A DNA stretch of 10,755 bases. Source: Fidelibacterota bacterium. GTDB taxonomy: Bacteria > Fidelibacterota > Marinisomatia > Marinisomatales > S15-B10. Positions 7,610-10,755 of this stretch are shown piece after piece. The stretch covers positions 1-10,755 of the forward strand of contig JBHIAI010000058.1 in assembly GCA_046861655.1 (NCBI GenBank). The letters are read 5' to 3'. The notes under the pieces were generated by a model that was not told the DNA's origin, ran no database searches, and saw only the letters and a list, made by a program, of their open reading frames with translations. Position 1 is the stretch's first letter. Every line of letters starts with the position of its first letter. A program made the translations under genes and the position numbers.

Positions 7610-8055
7610 AGAAGATTCAATCCCAGGACCACCGCTAACAGGGCCACTCCTACCATAGATTTCATCCAGAACCGTCTTTTTCTTTCCTTCAATTCTTGCT
7701 TGTAGGGATTCCACCACAGCTGAACCGTCACCGTCTCCCCAGGGATGAGATACACGGTTTTCATACTCTTAGTCATCAAACCTGCGATTTCGTCCGCGGG
7801 ATAGTGAGATCGAAGAAGTTCGATCAGTTCGGGATGGAGGTAGGTGACCGTATGTCTCCCGGGAGGGAGGGGAATGGGTGTGCGTATGGGGGCGGGACCC
7901 ACCAGCATGTCATCCACGTAAATGTCGAGACCGGTGGAATCGCACTCAACCAGAAGGAATCCCGATTCCGTGGGAGTCATGATGGCGGCGGTGTCCTGCC
8001 GGGCCGCAAGAGTCCCAAGCACGGTGAAGGCGAAGATGAGCTGTCTCGGAGACAA
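7606..8055 (-). CDS. PEGA-like domain protein with signal peptide and C-terminal membrane anchor
   Basis: GFLLVECDSTGLDIYVDDMLVGPAPIRTPIPLPPGRHTV is PEGA-like. Hydrophobic N-terminus and a C-terminal KRRFW followed by a hydrophobic helix. TTG start uncertain. Confidence 0.75.
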   Translation of the reverse strand: MSPRQLIFAFTVLGTLAARQDTAAIMTPTESGFLLVECDSTGLDIYVDDMLVGPAPIRTPIPLPPGRHTVTYLHPELIELLRSHYPADEIAGLMTKSMKTVYLIPGETVTVQLWWNPYKQELKERKRRFWMKSMVGVALLAVVLGLNLL

Positions 8056-8142
8056 ATCAAGAAAAGTTAACGGTTTATTTTTGTGCAGACTATCGTAAAA
8101 TTACCTTTGCTTGAATCCCTGATTACCCAGGTTTCTAACCGG

Positions 8143-8187
8143 CTTCAGGCCACCTGGAAAACGGGTGTCTCCACCAGGGGGCTGAAG
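8143..8187 (+). promoter_or_regulatory. Hairpin covering the ribosome-binding region of the TPR lipoprotein gene
   Basis: CTTCAGGCCACCTGG (8143-8157) pairs with CCAGGGGGCTGAAG (8174-8187): 13 pairs, one mismatch, one bulge. Confidence 0.4.
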
Positions 8188-9965
8188 TGATGCTGCCACG
8201 GGGAAAGGTGCTTTTCTTAATCCTCTCTCTGGGCATGGTCTCCTGTGCCTACTTCAACACGTTCTACAATGCCCAGCAGTACTTCAAGGATGCCGAAAGG
8301 GAGCTTCTGGGGGCCAAAGAGGGTTCCAAGCTCAGCAAAAGGACCCTGGACGCCCTGGATAAGACCGTCCAGAAATGCACGCGGGTGATAGAGTCTTATC
8401 CCCAGAGCCGGTGGTGGGACGACGCCCTTCTCCTTCGGGGAAAAGCCCTTTTCTACCGGGGGGACTATGCCCTGGCTGAAGCTTCATTCGAAAGGCTGAT
8501 GGGAGAGTCTTCTGGCAGTCCCCTGGTCCCGGAGGCCGAATTGTGGGTGTTGAGGTGCAGATGGAAGCTGGGCACGCCTGACGTCGCTCTTCAGGGATTG
8601 AGGGAGATCCTGGTAGAGAAGGGGTCGGGGCACGGGCCACGGTTGAAACCCCGGGACCGGGCTCTTGGAAATGAATGGGCGGCCGAGATTTATCTCCAGT
8701 GGAACCAGATCGACTCTGCCGTTCACTATTACGTCCAGTCGTCCCGCTATCTCAGGTCTTCTACGGAACGGTCGAAAGTCTTCCTCAAGATTGCTGATTT
8801 GGCCCACAGCCATTCGCGGTATTCTCAGGCTGTGGAATACTATCGAAAAGTTGTCCGTCTATCGGAACGGCCTGCCGATCTTGAAAGGGCTCACCTGCAG
8901 ATCATAAGAATCGCCAGAATGCAGAGACGATGGGAAGAGGCGACGCGTCAAATTCAGGCTCTGCTTTCCGAGGGGAAACTTTCAGGCATTCGACCGGAAC
9001 TTTACCTGGAACTGGCCAGATTGTATGAGGTCCAGAACAGGACGGGAGAGGCCATGAACCGCTACACCCGGATCACAGAGGAATTCCCTCGAACGGAGTC
9101 GTCGGCCGAGGCCTACTTTCGTCTGGGAATGCTCACTCTGAAAACATCGGGGGACTATGAGGATTCGAAGAACTATTTTTCCAAGGTGGAGAAGGAGAAC
9201 CGGTTCTCCATGTTTATTCCTTCGGCCCGGATAAAGGTGAAAGAAATCGAAGCCCTGTTGACCATTCTCGACGCGTTGGAAAAGACCGGGGAGTCTGGGT
9301 TTCCCGAGGAACCGTCCGGGGCTCCAGGGGACACCGCCGGAATTCCGGATTCTTACCCGGACCAGCTCTACGCATACGGTGAATTGATGGCGTTTCATTT
9401 CGATCAACCCGACAGTGGAATACGGGCGTTTGAGAGTCTCACCGGGCGGTTTCCCAAAGCGGTAAAACGGCCCCAGGCCCTCTATGCCCTGGCTCATCTG
9501 TACCGGGAGAGGGGTCAGGAGAAGAAGGCAGAGGAACTCGCCAAACAGCTGGTAGCAGAATACCCCCTGACCGAATACGCCCAACAGGCTTCCCGGATGA
9601 TAGGGATGGTCATCCAGGATGAAGTCCAGGCAAAACTTCGGGAGGCGGAGAAGGTTGTGTCGACGGATCCCCTGGGGGCTGTCGCTCTCTACCGGGAAAT
9701 CGTGGAGAAGACCCCTCACTCACGTTATGCACCCGTGGCCATCATGGCCATCGCCAGAACCTACGATGTCCGCTTGAACGACCTGGAGAATTCTCTGACG
9801 TGGTACGGAAGACTCATCCAGGAATTCCCGGACAGCGAGCAAGCTGTTGCGGTCAAGGGGAGGTACCAGGAGCTTCTGGAATTGTCCAGGACGCCTTTTC
9901 CGCTGGGTCAGGGGGGGGACCCGGAGGGGGCCTTGCCCCCCGGTTCTGTGGGAGATTGGCAGTGA
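8187..9965 (+). CDS. Multi-TPR lipoprotein (envelope; BamD/CpoB-style repeats, SprE/PorW-like N-terminus)
   Basis: Signal peptide with lipobox-like MVSC, then AYFNTFYNA. Recurring TPR turns YPQSRW, FPRTES, FPKAVK, YPLTEY and FPDSEQ. Start GTG 8187 or ATG 8190. Confidence 0.85.
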   Translation: MMLPRGKVLFLILSLGMVSCAYFNTFYNAQQYFKDAERELLGAKEGSKLSKRTLDALDKTVQKCTRVIESYPQSRWWDDALLLRGKALFYRGDYALAEASFERLMGESSGSPLVPEAELWVLRCRWKLGTPDVALQGLREILVEKGSGHGPRLKPRDRALGNEWAAEIYLQWNQIDSAVHYYVQSSRYLRSSTERSKVFLKIADLAHSHSRYSQAVEYYRKVVRLSERPADLERAHLQIIRIARMQRRWEEATRQIQALLSEGKLSGIRPELYLELARLYEVQNRTGEAMNRYTRITEEFPRTESSAEAYFRLGMLTLKTSGDYEDSKNYFSKVEKENRFSMFIPSARIKVKEIEALLTILDALEKTGESGFPEEPSGAPGDTAGIPDSYPDQLYAYGELMAFHFDQPDSGIRAFESLTGRFPKAVKRPQALYALAHLYRERGQEKKAEELAKQLVAEYPLTEYAQQASRMIGMVIQDEVQAKLREAEKVVSTDPLGAVALYREIVEKTPHSRYAPVAIMAIARTYDVRLNDLENSLTWYGRLIQEFPDSEQAVAVKGRYQELLELSRTPFPLGQGGDPEGALPPGSVGDWQ

Positions 9966-10720
9966 AGATTGAAACCGCCCCCGTCCGGTCGAACGACCGG
10001 ATCGCTTCCGGTATCTGGCGCATGGTGCTAGAGGCGCCGGACATATCCGAGGCCGTCCAGGGACCCGGTCAGTTTGTCTCTCTTTCCGTCACAGACGACT
10101 GGGAGCTTCCCTTGAGGAGGCCCATGAGCATTGCCGGTATTGACGATGGACACCTTCACATCATCTACAAGGTTTTCGGGGAAGGGACGCACCGGCTCTC
10201 GAGGAAGGCACCGGGCGACACCCTCAGCCTGCTGGGACCTCTGGGCAATACGTTCCGGTTGCCCCAGAACTCGTTTTTCCCCATCCTGGTAGGCGGGGGC
10301 GTGGGGATAGCTCCTGTCGATTGGCTGCACCGGACCCTGACTTCAAGAGGGATCGAGCACGACATGATTATCGGTGCAGTGACGGCCAATGAACATTTTC
10401 ATGAACACCGGCCCGAGGGAGGCGTCTTCCTCACCACTGATGATGGGTCGGCTGGGGAACACGGGACCGTGATGCCCACACTCCAGAGGGAGACGGAAAA
10501 CCGGTCCCATCCGTTCATCTACGCTTGCGGTCCCAGCCTCATGTTGAAAGCCGTCCACAGATTTGTTTCCAGCCGGGGAATTCCGTGTCAGATGGCGGTT
10601 GAGAGTTACATGGCCTGCAGTACAGGGATCTGCCAGGGGTGTGTCATCCCGCTCCAGGAAAGGTATTCCCTGGTCTGTCTCGAAGGTCCGGTTTATGATG
10701 CCGGTGACCTAGTCGTGTAG
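9962..10720 (+). CDS. pyrK: Dihydroorotate dehydrogenase B electron transfer subunit
   Basis: Motifs PGQF, LRRPMSI (FAD), GPLGN, GGGVGIAP (NAD), YACGP and the 2Fe-2S motif EsyMACstGICQGC...VCLEGPV. Start reassigned to GTG 9962 (252 aa), which follows GGAG and overlaps the upstream TGA. Confidence 0.92.
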   Translation: MKIETAPVRSNDRIASGIWRMVLEAPDISEAVQGPGQFVSLSVTDDWELPLRRPMSIAGIDDGHLHIIYKVFGEGTHRLSRKAPGDTLSLLGPLGNTFRLPQNSFFPILVGGGVGIAPVDWLHRTLTSRGIEHDMIIGAVTANEHFHEHRPEGGVFLTTDDGSAGEHGTVMPTLQRETENRSHPFIYACGPSLMLKAVHRFVSSRGIPCQMAVESYMACSTGICQGCVIPLQERYSLVCLEGPVYDAGDLVV

Positions 10721-10726
10721 TGGCGA

Positions 10727-10755
10727 ATGGCTGTCGATACGGAAATCACGATTGG
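10727..10755 (+). CDS. pyrD: Probable start of dihydroorotate dehydrogenase catalytic subunit (partial)
   Basis: ATG 6 nt after the pyrK stop, reading MAVDTEITIG. This resembles family 1B PyrD N-termini and fits the usual pyrK-pyrD order. Only about 10 codons are visible. Confidence 0.55.

Noticed and set aside
7172..7717. 181-aa minus-strand ORF
   Set aside because: It is antisense to the TPR gene, overlaps the PEGA gene in another frame, and has no motif.
9800..9961. Cys-containing N-terminal extension of PyrK, and the similar extensions on the aminotransferase (5054-5224) and SerA (3972-4028)
   Set aside because: These are longest-ORF artefacts overlapping the upstream genes. GTG starts at GTGA junctions match where family similarity begins.
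1..10755. CRISPR array, transposase, integrase, prophage or defence system
   Set aside because: I saw no regularly spaced repeats, terminal inverted repeats or such protein motifs, and no obvious compositional shift.

Overview
Gene-dense, GC-rich bacterial core-genome window; the gene mix tentatively suggests an FCB-group lineage (inference only). In order: the 3' end of an amidohydrolase and a YwaF-type membrane protein (+); a minus-strand operon of DUF1015, class V PLP aminotransferase, serA and dacB; a YkvA/DUF1232-like gene (+) converging on a 64-aa four-Cys zinc-ribbon gene (-); a ~160-nt structured non-coding segment (6S-like candidate) ahead of a small TPR gene (+) converging on a PEGA-like membrane protein (-); then a TPR lipoprotein, pyrK and a probable pyrD start (+). 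I saw no mobile element, CRISPR array, tRNA or rRNA. The best leads are a serine cluster with no serB, where a ParB/Srx-like DUF1015 protein may interconvert phosphoserine and serine, and the two-state structured RNA at 7098-7259. All family calls come from motif recognition by eye, not database searches.
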